DNA of 64,000 bases from Eledone cirrhosa. Its lineage: Eukaryota. Location: assembly GCA_964016885.1 (NCBI GenBank), contig CAXHJY010000023.1:1-64000 (forward strand), in the 5' to 3' direction. The notes beneath the pieces are model-generated. The model had not been told where the DNA came from. It saw only the letters and a program-made list of their open reading frames with translations, and made no database searches. A program made the position numbers and the translations under genes. Numbering within the stretch: the first letter of the stretch is position 1; every line of letters begins with the position of its first letter. Of this stretch, positions 44,491 to 58,817 are shown piece by piece.

Positions 44491-47400
44491 TTGACTCCTC
44501 TGCCGCCAGGAAAAAACTCGTTGACAACGTAAACTCCGTTCCACTTATTCTAGTAGGCTTTTATATTTATATGTGAGCTGATAGAGTACTGTCTAAGGAT
44601 TTACAGAAACCCATGAAGCTAGATTTAACACCTTTCTAGTGGGTCCGGGTATGATTTTACATTCATTTAAATTATTGACGTATTGTTTTATTGATATTTT
44701 TTATCTGTTTGGCCCGAATCTTCCTTTATCGATTTTAAATCGTATGGTTGATTGTAGACTTGTTCTATATGTGACGGTATTTTAACGATAGTTATAGCTC
44801 TGATTCATCTGAATTATTGAGCCCTCTGCCGCTCATATCGAATTTCGTTTTTCGTGAACTCGTGCGCCGATTTTTCGATACTCGATCTTTCTAATATATT
44901 TAGCTCTGGACATAGCTATCCACCAGTTAATTTTATTGCTCATTTTTTGTCGATTCTATTGAGTGATGAATAGCTTTTGTTTTATTTTAACATGTCTATT
45001 GAGCACTCTAATTCGATATGTGTATTTCCACATTCACTCGAATTGTTTTCGCGGATATAGGGGTCATCTCCCTTGTCTAATGCCATGTGCGTTTTTCACC
45101 GCTAGTTGACTCCTCTGCCGCCAGGAAAAAACTCGTTGACAACGTAAACTCCGTTCCACTTATTCTAGTAGGCTTTTATATTTATATGTGAGCTGATAGA
45201 GTACTGTCTAAGGATTTACAGAAACCCATGAAGCTAGATTTAACACCTTTCTAGTGGGTCCGGGTATGATTTTACATTCATTTAAATTATTGACGTATTG
45301 TTTTATTGATATTTTTTATCTGTTTGGCCCGAATCTTCCTTTATCGATTTTAAATCGTATGGTTGATTGTAGACTTGTTCTATATGTGACGGTATTTTAA
45401 CGATAGTTATAGCTCTGATTCATCTGAATTATTGAGCCCTCTGCCGCTCATATCGAATTTCGTTTTTCGTGAACTCGTGCGCCGATTTTTCGATACTCGA
45501 TCTTTCTAATATATTTAGCTCTGGACATAGCTATCCACCAGTTAATTTTATTGCTCATTTTTTGTCGATTCTATTGAGTGATGAATAGCTTTTGTTTTAT
45601 TTTAACATGTCTATTGAGCACTCTAATTCGATATGTGTATTTCCACATTCACTCGAATTGTTTTCGCGGATATAGGGGTCATCTCCCTTGTCTAATGCCA
45701 TGTGCGTTTTTCACCGCTAGTTGACTCCTCTGCCGCCAGGAAAAAACTCGTTGACAACGTAAACTCCGTTCCACTTATTCTAGTAGGCTTTTATATTTAT
45801 ATGTGAGCTGATAGAGTACTGTCTAAGGATTTACAGAAACCCATGAAGCTAGATTTAACACCTTTCTAGTGGGTCCGGGTATGATTTTACATTCATTTAA
45901 ATTATTGACGTATTGTTTTATTGATATTTTTTATCTGTTTGGCCCGAATCTTCCTTTATCGATTTTAAATCGTATGGTTGATTGTAGACTTGTTCTATAT
46001 GTGACGGTATTTTAACGATAGTTATAGCTCTGATTCATCTGAATTATTGAGCCCTCTGCCGCTCATATCGAATTTCGTTTTTCGTGAACTCGTGCGCCGA
46101 TTTTTCGATACTCGATCTTTCTAATATATTTAGCTCTGGACATAGCTATCCACCAGTTAATTTTATTGCTCATTTTTTGTCGATTCTATTGAGTGATGAA
46201 TAGCTTTTGTTTTATTTTAACATGTCTATTGAGCACTCTAATTCGATATGTGTATTTCCACATTCACTCGAATTGTTTTCGCGGATATAGGGGTCATCTC
46301 CCTTGTCTAATGCCATGTGCGTTTTTCACCGCTAGTTGACTCCTCTGCCGCCAGGAAAAAACTCGTTGACAACGTAAACTCCGTTCCACTTATTCTAGTA
46401 GGCTTTTATATTTATATGTGAGCTGATAGAGTACTGTCTAAGGATTTACAGAAACCCATGAAGCTAGATTTAACACCTTTCTAGTGGGTCCGGGTATGAT
46501 TTTACATTCATTTAAATTATTGACGTATTGTTTTATTGATATTTTTTATCTGTTTGGCCCGAATCTTCCTTTATCGATTTTAAATCGTATGGTTGATTGT
46601 AGACTTGTTCTATATGTGACGGTATTTTAACGATAGTTATAGCTCTGATTCATCTGAATTATTGAGCCCTCTGCCGCTCATATCGAATTTCGTTTTTCGT
46701 GAACTCGTGCGCCGATTTTTCGATACTCGATCTTTCTAATATATTTAGCTCTGGACATAGCTATCCACCAGTTAATTTTATTGCTCATTTTTTGTCGATT
46801 CTATTGAGTGATGAATAGCTTTTGTTTTATTTTAACATGTCTATTGAGCACTCTAATTCGATATGTGTATTTCCACATTCACTCGAATTGTTTTCGCGGA
46901 TATAGGGGTCATCTCCCTTGTCTAATGCCATGTGCGTTTTTCACCGCTAGTTGACTCCTCTGCCGCCAGGAAAAAACTCGTTGACAACGTAAACTCCGTT
47001 CCACTTATTCTAGTAGGCTTTTATATTTATATGTGAGCTGATAGAGTACTGTCTAAGGATTTACAGAAACCCATGAAGCTAGATTTAACACCTTTCTAGT
47101 ATGTCCGGGTATGATTTTACATTCATTTAAATTATTGACGTATTGTTTTATTGATATTTTTTATCTGTTTGGCCCGAATCTTCCTTTATCGATTTTAAAT
47201 CGTATGGTTGATTGTAGACTTGTTCTATATGTGACGGTATTTTAACGATAGTTATAGCTCTGATTCATCTGAATTATTGAGCCCTCTGCCGCTCATATCG
47301 AATTTCGTTTTTCGTGAACTCGTGCGCCGATTTTTCGATACTCGATCTTTCTAATATATTTAGCTCTGGACATAGCTATCCACCAGTTAATTTTATTGCT

Positions 47401-50400
47401 CATTTTTTGTCGATTCTATTGAGTGATGAATAGCTTTTGTTTTATTTTAACATGTCTATTGAGCACTCTAATTCGATATGTGTATTTCCACATTCACTCG
47501 AATTGTTTTCGCGGATATAGGGGTCATCTCCCTTGTCTAACGCCATGTGCGTTTTTCACCGCTAGTTGACTCCTCTGCCGCCAGGAAAAAACTCGTTGAC
47601 AACGTAAACTCCGTTCCACTTATTCTAGTAGGCTTTTATATTTATATGTGAGCTGATAGAGTACTGTCTAAGGATTTACAGAAACCCATGAAGCTAGATT
47701 TAACACCTTTCTAGTGGGTCCGGGTATGATTTTACATTCATTTAAATTATTGACGTATTGTTTTATTGATATTTTTTATCTGTTTGGCCCGAATCTTCCT
47801 TTATCGATTTTAAATCGTATGGTTGATTGTAGACTTGTTCTATATGTGACGGTATTTTAACGATAGTTATAGCTCTGATTCATCTGAATTATTGAGCCCT
47901 CTGCCGCTCATATCGAATTTCGTTTTTCGTGAACTCGTGCGCCGATTTTTCGATACTCGATCTTTCTAATATATTTAGCTCTGGACATAGCTATCCACCA
48001 GTTAATTTTATTGCTCATTTTTTGTCGATTCTATTGAGTGATGAATAGCTTTTGTTTTATTTTAACATGTCTATTGAGCACTCTAATTCGATATGTGTAT
48101 TTCCACATTCACTCGAATTGTTTTCGCGGATATAGGGGTCATCTCCCTTGTCTAATGCCATGTGCGTTTTTCACCGCTAGTTGACTCCTCTGCCGCCAGG
48201 AAAAAACTCGTTGACAACGTAAACTCCGTTCCACTTATTCTAGTAGGCTTTTATATTTATATGTGAGCTGATAGAGTACTGTCTAAGGATTTACAGAAAC
48301 CCATGAAGCTAGATTTAACACCTTTCTAGTGGGTCCGGGTATGATTTTACATTCATTTAAATTATTGACGTATTGTTTTATTGATATTTTTTATCTGTTT
48401 GGCCCGAATCTTCCTTTATCGATTTTAAATCGTATGGTTGATTGTAGACTTGTTCTATATGTGACGGTATTTTAACGATAGTTATAGCTCTGATTCATCT
48501 GAATTATTGAGCCCTCTGCCGCTCATATCGAATTTCGTTTTTCGTGAACTCGTGCGCCGATTTTTCGATACTCGATCTTTCTAATATATTTAGCTCTGGA
48601 CATAGCTATCCACCAGTTAATTTTATTGCTCATTTTTTGTCGATTCTATTGAGTGATGAATAGCTTTTGTTTTATTTTAACATGTCTATTGAGCACTCTA
48701 ATTCGATATGTGTATTTCCACATTCACTCGAATTGTTTTCGCGGATATAGGGGTCATCTCCCTTGTCTAATGCCATGTGCGTTTTTCACCGCTAGTTGAC
48801 TCCTCTGCCGCCAGGAAAAAACTCGTTGACAACGTAAACTCCGTTCCACTTATTCTAGTAGGCTTTTATATTTATATGTGAGCTGATAGAGTACTGTCTA
48901 AGGATTTACAGAAACCCATGAAGCTAGATTTAACACCTTTCTAGTGGGTCCGGGTATGATTTTACATTCATTTAAATTATTGACGTATTGTTTTATTGAT
49001 ATTTTTTATCTGTTTGGCCCGAATCTTCCTTTATCGATTTTAAATCGTATGGTTGATTGTAGACTTGTTCTATATGTGACGGTATTTTAACGATAGTTAT
49101 AGCTCTGATTCATCTGAATTATTGAGCCCTCTGCCGCTCATATCGAATTTCGTTTTTCGTGAACTCGTGCGCCGATTTTTCGATACTCGATCTTTCTAAT
49201 ATATTTAGCTCTGGACATAGCTATCCACCAGTTAATTTTATTGCTCATTTTTTGTCGATTCTATTGAGTGATGAATAGCTTTTGTTTTATTTTAACATGT
49301 CTATTGAGCACTCTAATTCGATATGTGTATTTCCACATTCACTCGAATTGTTTTCGCGGATATAGGGGTCATCTCCCTTGTCTAATGCCATGTGCGTTTT
49401 TCACCGCTAGTTGACTCCTCTGCCGCCAGGAAAAAACTCGTTGACAACGTAAACTCCGTTCCACTTATTCTAGTAGGCTTTTATATTTATATGTGAGCTG
49501 ATAGAGTACTGTCTAAGGATTTACAGAAACCCATGAAGCTAGATTTAACACCTTTCTAGTATGTCCGGGTATGATTTTACATTCATTTAAATTATTGACG
49601 TATTGTTTTATTGATATTTTTTATCTGTTTGGCCCGAATCTTCCTTTATCGATTTTAAATCGTATGGTTGATTGTAGACTTGTTCTATATGTGACGGTAT
49701 TTTAACGATAGTTATAGCTCTGATTCATCTGAATTATTGAGCCCTCTGCCGCTCATATCGAATTTCGTTTTTCGTGAACTCGTGCGCCGATTTTTCGATA
49801 CTCGATCTTTCTAATATATTTAGCTCTGGACATAGCTATCCACCAGTTAATTTTATTGCTCATTTTTTGTCGATTCTATTGAGTGATGAATAGCTTTTGT
49901 TTTATTTTAACATGTCTATTGAGCACTCTAATTCGATATGTGTATTTCCACATTCACTCGAATTGTTTTCGCGGATATAGGGGTCATCTCCCTTGTCTAA
50001 CGCCATGTGCGTTTTTCACCGCTAGTTGACTCCTCTGCCGCCAGGAAAAAACTCGTTGACAACGTAAACTCCGTTCCACTTATTCTAGTAGGCTTTTATA
50101 TTTATATGTGAGCTGATAGAGTACTGTCTAAGGATTTACAGAAACCCATGAAGCTAGATTTAACACCTTTCTAGTGGGTCCGGGTATGATTTTACATTCA
50201 TTTAAATTATTGACGTATTGTTTTATTGATATTTTTTATCTGTTTGGCCCGAATCTTCCTTTATCGATTTTAAATCGTATGGTTGATTGTAGACTTGTTC
50301 TATATGTGACGGTATTTTAACGATAGTTATAGCTCTGATTCATCTGAATTATTGAGCCCTCTGCCGCTCATATCGAATTTCGTTTTTCGTGAACTCGTGC

Positions 50401-53400
50401 GCCGATTTTTCGATACTCGATCTTTCTAATATATTTAGCTCTGGACATAGCTATCCACCAGTTAATTTTATTGCTCATTTTTTGTCGATTCTATTGAGTG
50501 ATGAATAGCTTTTGTTTTATTTTAACATGTCTATTGAGCACTCTAATTCGATATGTGTATTTCCACATTCACTCGAATTGTTTTCGCGGATATAGGGGTC
50601 ATCTCCCTTGTCTAATGCCATGTGCGTTTTTCACCGCTAGTTGACTCCTCTGCCGCCAGGAAAAAACTCGTTGACAACGTAAACTCCGTTCCACTTATTC
50701 TAGTAGGCTTTTATATTTATATGTGAGCTGATAGAGTACTGTCTAAGGATTTACAGAAACCCATGAAGCTAGATTTAACACCTTTCTAGTGGGTCCGGGT
50801 ATGATTTTACATTCATTTAAATTATTGACGTATTGTTTTATTGATATTTTTTATCTGTTTGGCCCGAATCTTCCTTTATCGATTTTAAATCGTATGGTTG
50901 ATTGTAGACTTGTTCTATATGTGACGGTATTTTAACGATAGTTATAGCTCTGATTCATCTGAATTATTGAGCCCTCTGCCGCTCATATCGAATTTCGTTT
51001 TTCGTGAACTCGTGCGCCGATTTTTCGATACTCGATCTTTCTAATATATTTAGCTCTGGACATAGCTATCCACCAGTTAATTTTATTGCTCATTTTTTGT
51101 CGATTCTATTGAGTGATGAATAGCTTTTGTTTTATTTTAACATGTCTATTGAGCACTCTAATTCGATATGTGTATTTCCACATTCACTCGAATTGTTTTC
51201 GCGGATATAGGGGTCATCTCCCTTGTCTAATGCCATGTGCGTTTTTCACCGCTAGTTGACTCCTCTGCCGCCAGGAAAAAACTCGTTGACAACGTAAACT
51301 CCGTTCCACTTATTCTAGTAGGCTTTTATATTTATATGTGAGCTGATAGAGTACTGTCTAAGGATTTACAGAAACCCATGAAGCTAGATTTAACACCTTT
51401 CTAGTGGGTCCGGGTATGATTTTACATTCATTTAAATTATTGACGTATTGTTTTATTGATATTTTTTATCTGTTTGGCCCGAATCTTCCTTTATCGATTT
51501 TAAATCGTATGGTTGATTGTAGACTTGTTCTATATGTGACGGTATTTTAACGATAGTTATAGCTCTGATTCATCTGAATTATTGAGCCCTCTGCCGCTCA
51601 TATCGAATTTCGTTTTTCGTGAACTCGTGCGCCGATTTTTCGATACTCGATCTTTCTAATATATTTAGCTCTGGACATAGCTATCCACCAGTTAATTTTA
51701 TTGCTCATTTTTTGTCGATTCTATTGAGTGATGAATAGCTTTTGTTTTATTTTAACATGTCTATTGAGCACTCTAATTCGATATGTGTATTTCCACATTC
51801 ACTCGAATTGTTTTCGCGGATATAGGGGTCATCTCCCTTGTCTAATGCCATGTGCGTTTTTCACCGCTAGTTGACTCCTCTGCCGCCAGGAAAAAACTCG
51901 TTGACAACGTAAACTCCGTTCCACTTATTCTAGTAGGCTTTTATATTTATATGTGAGCTGATAGAGTACTGTCTAAGGATTTACAGAAACCCATGAAGCT
52001 AGATTTAACACCTTTCTAGTGGGTCCGGGTATGATTTTACATTCATTTAAATTATTGACGTATTGTTTTATTGATATTTTTTATCTGTTTGGCCCGAATC
52101 TTCCTTTATCGATTTTAAATCGTATGGTTGATTGTAGACTTGTTCTATATGTGACGGTATTTTAACGATAGTTATAGCTCTGATTCATCTGAATTATTGA
52201 GCCCTCTGCCGCTCATATCGAATTTCGTTTTTCGTGAACTCGTGCGCCGATTTTTCGATACTCGATCTTTCTAATATATTTAGCTCTGGACATAGCTATC
52301 CACCAGTTAATTTTATTGCTCATTTTTTGTCGATTCTATTGAGTGATGAATAGCTTTTGTTTTATTTTAACATGTCTATTGAGCACTCTAATTCGATATG
52401 TGTATTTCCACATTCACTCGAATTGTTTTCGCGGATATAGGGGTCATCTCCCTTGTCTAATGCCATGTGCGTTTTTCACCGCTAGTTGACTCCTCTGCCG
52501 CCAGGAAAAAACTCGTTGACAACGTAAACTCCGTTCCACTTATTCTAGTAGGCTTTTATATTTATATGTGAGCTGATAGAGTACTGTCTAAGGATTTACA
52601 GAAACCCATGAAGCTAGATTTAACACCTTTCTAGTGGGTCCGGGTATGATTTTACATTCATTTAAATTATTGACGTATTGTTTTATTGATATTTTTTATC
52701 TGTTTGGCCCGAATCTTCCTTTATCGATTTTAAATCGTATGGTTGATTGTAGACTTGTTCTATATGTGACGGTATTTTAACGATAGTTATAGCTCTGATT
52801 CATCTGAATTATTGAGCCCTCTGCCGCTCATATTGAATTTCGTTTTTCGTGAACTCGTGCGCCGATTTTTCGATACTCGATCTTTCTAATATATTTAGCT
52901 CTGGACATAGCTATCCACCAGTTAATTTTATTGCTCATTTTTTGTCGATTCTATTGAGTGATGAATAGCTTTTGTTTTATTTTAACATGTCTATTGAGCA
53001 CTCTAATTCGATATGTGTATTTCCACATTCACTCGAATTGTTTTCGCGGATATAGGGGTCATCTCCCTTGTCTAATGCCATGTGCGTTTTTCACCGCTAG
53101 TTGACTCCTCTGCCGCCAGGAAAAAACTCGTTGACAACGTAAACTCCGTTCCACTTATTCTAGTAGGCTTTTATATTTATATGTGAGCTGATAGAGTACT
53201 GTCTAAGGATTTACAGAAACCCATGAAGCTAGATTTAACACCTTTCTAGTGGGTCCGGGTATGATTTTACATTCATTTAAATTATTGACGTATTGTTTTA
53301 TTGATATTTTTTATCTGTTTGGCCCGAATCTTCCTTTATCGATTTTAAATCGTATGGTTGATTGTAGACTTGTTCTATATGTGACGGTATTTTAACGATA

Positions 53401-56400
53401 GTTATAGCTCTGATTCATCTGAATTATTGAGCCCTCTGCCGCTCATATCGAATTTCGTTTTTCGTGAACTCGTGCGCCGATTTTTCGATACTCGATCTTT
53501 CTAATATATTTAGCTCTGGACATAGCTATCCACCAGTTAATTTTATTGCTCATTTTTTGTCGATTCTATTGAGTGATGAATAGCTTTTGTTTTATTTTAA
53601 CATGTCTATTGAGCACTCTAATTCGATATGTGTATTTCCACATTCACTCGAATTGTTTTCGCGGATATAGGGGTCATCTCCCTTGTCTAATGCCATGTGC
53701 GTTTTTCACCGCTAGTTGACTCCTCTGCCGCCAGGAAAAAACTCGTTGACAACGTAAACTCCGTTCCACTTATTCTAGTAGGCTTTTATATTTATATGTG
53801 AGCTGATAGAGTACTGTCTAAGGATTTACAGAAACCCATGAAGCTAGATTTAACACCTTTCTAGTGGGTCCGGGTATGATTTTACATTCATTTAAATTAT
53901 TGACGTATTGTTTTATTGATATTTTTTATCTGTTTGGCCCGAATCTTCCTTTATCGATTTTAAATCGTATGGTTGATTGTAGACTTGTTCTATATGTGAC
54001 GGTATTTTAACGATAGTTATAGCTCTGATTCATCTGAATTATTGAGCCCTCTGCCGCTCATATCGAATTTCGTTTTTCGTGAACTCGTGCGCCGATTTTT
54101 CGATACTCGATCTTTCTAATATATTTAGCTCTGGACATAGCTATCCACCAGTTAATTTTATTGCTCATTTTTTGTCGATTCTATTGAGTGATGAATAGCT
54201 TTTGTTTTATTTTAACATGTCTATTGAGCACTCTAATTCGATATGTGTATTTCCACATTCACTCGAATTGTTTTCGCGGATATAGGGGTCATCTCCCTTG
54301 TCTAATGCCATGTGCGTTTTTCACCGCTAGTTGACTCCTCTGCCGCCAGGAAAAAACTCGTTGACAACGTAAACTCCGTTCCACTTATTCTAGTAGGCTT
54401 TTATATTTATATGTGAGCTGATAGAGTACTGTCTAAGGATTTACAGAAACCCATGAAGCTAGATTTAACACCTTTCTAGTGGGTCCGGGTATGATTTTAC
54501 ATTCATTTAAATTATTGACGTATTGTTTTATTGATATTTTTTATCTGTTTGGCCCGAATCTTCCTTTATCGATTTTAAATCGTATGGTTGATTGTAGACT
54601 TGTTCTATATGTGACGGTATTTTAACGATAGTTATAGCTCTGATTCATCTGAATTATTGAGCCCTCTGCCGCTCATATCGAATTTCGTTTTTCGTGAACT
54701 CGTGCGCCGATTTTTCGATACTCGATCTTTCTAATATATTTAGCTCTGGACATAGCTATCCACCAGTTAATTTTATTGCTCATTTTTTGTCGATTCTATT
54801 GAGTGATGAATAGCTTTTGTTTTATTTTAACATGTCTATTGAGCACTCTAATTCGATATGTGTATTTCCACATTCACTCGAATTGTTTTCGCGGATATAG
54901 GGGTCATCTCCCTTGTCTAATGCCATGTGCGTTTTTCACCGCTAGTTGACTCCTCTGCCGCCAGGAAAAAACTCGTTGACAACGTAAACTCCGTTCCACT
55001 TATTCTAGTAGGCTTTTATATTTATATGTGAGCTGATAGAGTACTGTCTAAGGATTTACAGAAACCCATGAAGCTAGATTTAACACCTTTCTAGTGGGTC
55101 CGGGTATGATTTTACATTCATTTAAATTATTGACGTATTGTTTTATTGATATTTTTTATCTGTTTGGCCCGAATCTTCCTTTATCGATTTTAAATCGTAT
55201 GGTTGATTGTAGACTTGTTCTATATGTGACGGTATTTTAACGATAGTTATAGCTCTGATTCATCTGAATTATTGAGCCCTCTGCCGCTCATATCGAATTT
55301 CGTTTTTCGTGAACTCGTGCGCCGATTTTTCGATACTCGATCTTTCTAATATATTTAGCTCTGGACATAGCTATCCACCAGTTAATTTTATTGCTCATTT
55401 TTTGTCGATTCTATTGAGTGATGAATAGCTTTTGTTTTATTTTAACATGTCTATTGAGCACTCTAATTCGATATGTGTATTTCCACATTCACTCGAATTG
55501 TTTTCGCGGATATAGGGGTCATCTCCCTTGTCTAATGCCATGTGCGTTTTTCACCGCTAGTTGACTCCTCTGCCGCCAGGAAAAAACTCGTTGACAACGT
55601 AAACTCCGTTCCACTTATTCTAGTAGGCTTTTATATTTATATGTGAGCTGATAGAGTACTGTCTAAGGATTTACAGAAACCCATGAAGCTAGATTTAACA
55701 CCTTTCTAGTGGGTCCGGGTATGATTTTACATTCATTTAAATTATTGACGTATTGTTTTATTGATATTTTTTATCTGTTTGGCCCGAATCTTCCTTTATC
55801 GATTTTAAATCGTATGGTTGATTGTAGACTTGTTCTATATGTGACGGTATTTTAACGATAGTTATAGCTCTGATTCATCTGAATTATTGAGCCCTCTGCC
55901 GCTCATATCGAATTTCGTTTTTCGTGAACTCGTGCGCCGATTTTTCGATACTCGATCTTTCTAATATATTTAGCTCTGGACATAGCTATCCACCAGTTAA
56001 TTTTATTGCTCATTTTTTGTCGATTCTATTGAGTGATGAATAGCTTTTGTTTTATTTTAACATGTCTATTGAGCACTCTAATTCGATATGTGTATTTCCA
56101 CATTCACTCGAATTGTTTTCGCGGATATAGGGGTCATCTCCCTTGTCTAATGCCATGTGCGTTTTTCACCGCTAGTTGACTCCTCTGCCGCCAGGAAAAA
56201 ACTCGTTGACAACGTAAACTCCGTTCCACTTATTCTAGTAGGCTTTTATATTTATATGTGAGCTGATAGAGTACTGTCTAAGGATTTACAGAAACCCATG
56301 AAGCTAGATTTAACACCTTTCTAGTGGGTCCGGGTATGATTTTACATTCATTTAAATTATTGACGTATTGTTTTATTGATATTTTTTATCTGTTTGGCCC

Positions 56401-58423
56401 GAATCTTCCTTTATCGATTTTAAATCGTATGGTTGATTGTAGACTTGTTCTATATGTGACGGTATTTTAACGATAGTTATAGCTCTGATTCATCTGAATT
56501 ATTGAGCCCTCTGCCGCTCATATCGAATTTCGTTTTTCGTGAACTCGTGCGCCGATTTTTCGATACTCGATCTTTCTAATATATTTAGCTCTGGACATAG
56601 CTATCCACCAGTTAATTTTATTGCTCATTTTTTGTCGATTCTATTGAGTGATGAATAGCTTTTGTTTTATTTTAACATGTCTATTGAGCACTCTAATTCG
56701 ATATGTGTATTTCCACATTCACTCGAATTGTTTTCGCGGATATAGGGGTCATCTCCCTTGTCTAATGCCATGTGCGTTTTTCACCGCTAGTTGACTCCTC
56801 TGCCGCCAGGAAAAAACTCGTTGACAACGTAAACTCCGTTCCACTTATTCTAGTAGGCTTTTATATTTATATGTGAGCTGATAGAGTACTGTCTAAGGAT
56901 TTACAGAAACCCATGAAGCTAGATTTAACACCTTTCTAGTGGGTCCGGGTATGATTTTACATTCATTTAAATTATTGACGTATTGTTTTATTGATATTTT
57001 TTATCTGTTTGGCCCGAATCTTCCTTTATCGATTTTAAATCGTATGGTTGATTGTAGACTTGTTCTATATGTGACGGTATTTTAACGATAGTTATAGCTC
57101 TGATTCATCTGAATTATTGAGCCCTCTGCCGCTCATATCGAATTTCGTTTTTCGTGAACTCGTGCGCCGATTTTTCGATACTCGATCTTTCTAATATATT
57201 TAGCTCTGGACATAGCTATCCACCAGTTAATTTTATTGCTCATTTTTTGTCGATTCTATTGAGTGATGAATAGCTTTTGTTTTATTTTAACATGTCTATT
57301 GAGCACTCTAATTCGATATGTGTATTTCCACATTCACTCGAATTGTTTTCGCGGATATAGGGGTCATCTCCCTTGTCTAATGCCATGTGCGTTTTTCACC
57401 GCTAGTTGACTCCTCTGCCGCCAGGAAAAAACTCGTTGACAACGTAAACTCCGTTCCACTTATTCTAGTAGGCTTTTATATTTATATGTGAGCTGATAGA
57501 GTACTGTCTAAGGATTTACAGAAACCCATGAAGCTAGATTTAACACCTTTCTAGTGGGTCCGGGTATGATTTTACATTCATTTAAATTATTGACGTATTG
57601 TTTTATTGATATTTTTTATCTGTTTGGCCCGAATCTTCCTTTATCGATTTTAAATCGTATGGTTGATTGTAGACTTGTTCTATATGTGACGGTATTTTAA
57701 CGATAGTTATAGCTCTGATTCATCTGAATTATTGAGCCCTCTGCCGCTCATATCGAATTTCGTTTTTCGTGAACTCGTGCGCCGATTTTTCGATACTCGA
57801 TCTTTCTAATATATTTAGCTCTGGACATAGCTATCCACCAGTTAATTTTATTGCTCATTTTTTGTCGATTCTATTGAGTGATGAATAGCTTTTGTTTTAT
57901 TTTAACATGTCTATTGAGCACTCTAATTCGATATGTGTATTTCCACATTCACTCGAATTGTTTTCGCGGATATAGGGGTCATCTCCCTTGTCTAATGCCA
58001 TGTGCGTTTTTCACCGCTAGTTGACTCCTCTGCCGCCAGGAAAAAACTCGTTGACAACGTAAACTCCGTTCCACTTATTCTAGTAGGCTTTTATATTTAT
58101 ATGTGAGCTGATAGAGTACTGTCTAAGGATTTACAGAAACCCATGAAGCTAGATTTAACACCTTTCTAGTGGGTCCGGGTATGATTTTACATTCATTTAA
58201 ATTATTGACGTATTGTTTTATTGATATTTTTTATCTGTTTGGCCCGAATCTTCCTTTATCGATTTTAAATCGTATGGTTGATTGTAGACTTGTTCTATAT
58301 GTGACGGTATTTTAACGATAGTTATAGCTCTGATTCATCTGAATTATTGAGCCCTCTGCCGCTCATATCGAATTTCGTTTTTCGTGAACTCGTGCGCCGA
58401 TTTTTCGATACTCGATCTTTCTA

Positions 58424-58428
<5 letters not shown>
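44491..58428. repeat. Tandem array of a 615-bp unit: 22 full copies plus a ~408-bp partial copy
   Basis: TTGACTCCTCTGCCGCCAGG recurs at 44491+615n up to 58021; both ends abut (TA)n; no ORF of 60 aa or more. Confidence 0.98.
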
Positions 58429-58454
<26 letters not shown>

Positions 58455-58475
58455 TGTATATATATATATATATAT

Positions 58476-58670
58476 ACGTTATTCCGGGTTGAAACGGAAG
58501 TAACCACAGTAAGTAAGGTACTCAATACATAGCAGAGTATAACAGTTTTAATATAGATGAGATTCTACAGGACTAGAACTGTTTCATTCATAAGAAATCA
58601 TCAGAATTCCTGATGATTTCTTATGAATGAAACAGTTCTAGTCCTGTAGAATCTCATCTATATTAAAACT
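58476..58670. mobile_element. HHR family D element with 61-bp palindrome
   Basis: Arms 58544-58604 / 58610-58670. HHR on + at 58606-58652: ATTC-CTGATGA-TTTC ttat GAAT-GAAA-CAG ttctagtc CTG-TA-GAAT. Confidence 0.85.
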
Positions 58671-58715
58671 ATATATATATATATGTATGTATATATATAT
58701 ATATGTATATATATG

Positions 58716-58817
<102 letters not shown>

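Noticed and set aside
44577-44620. Hammerhead-like CTGATAGA...GAAAC in the 615-bp unit
   Set aside because: The core has an extra base, stem II is out of register, and there is no NUH triplet or stem I.
44611-44645. SECIS-like ATGA..AA hairpin in the 615-bp unit
   Set aside because: The 3' side has GG, not the required GA, and there is no upstream ORF.
45051-45105. tRNA-like GCGG...CCGC, or a Helitron 3' end (CTAG) at the unit end
   Set aside because: No T-loop or cloverleaf; no strong GC hairpin close to CTAG and no 5' TC.
44491-58428. CRISPR-like or rDNA/5S array
   Set aside because: No variable spacers; no 5S, rRNA or U1-U6 signature recognised.
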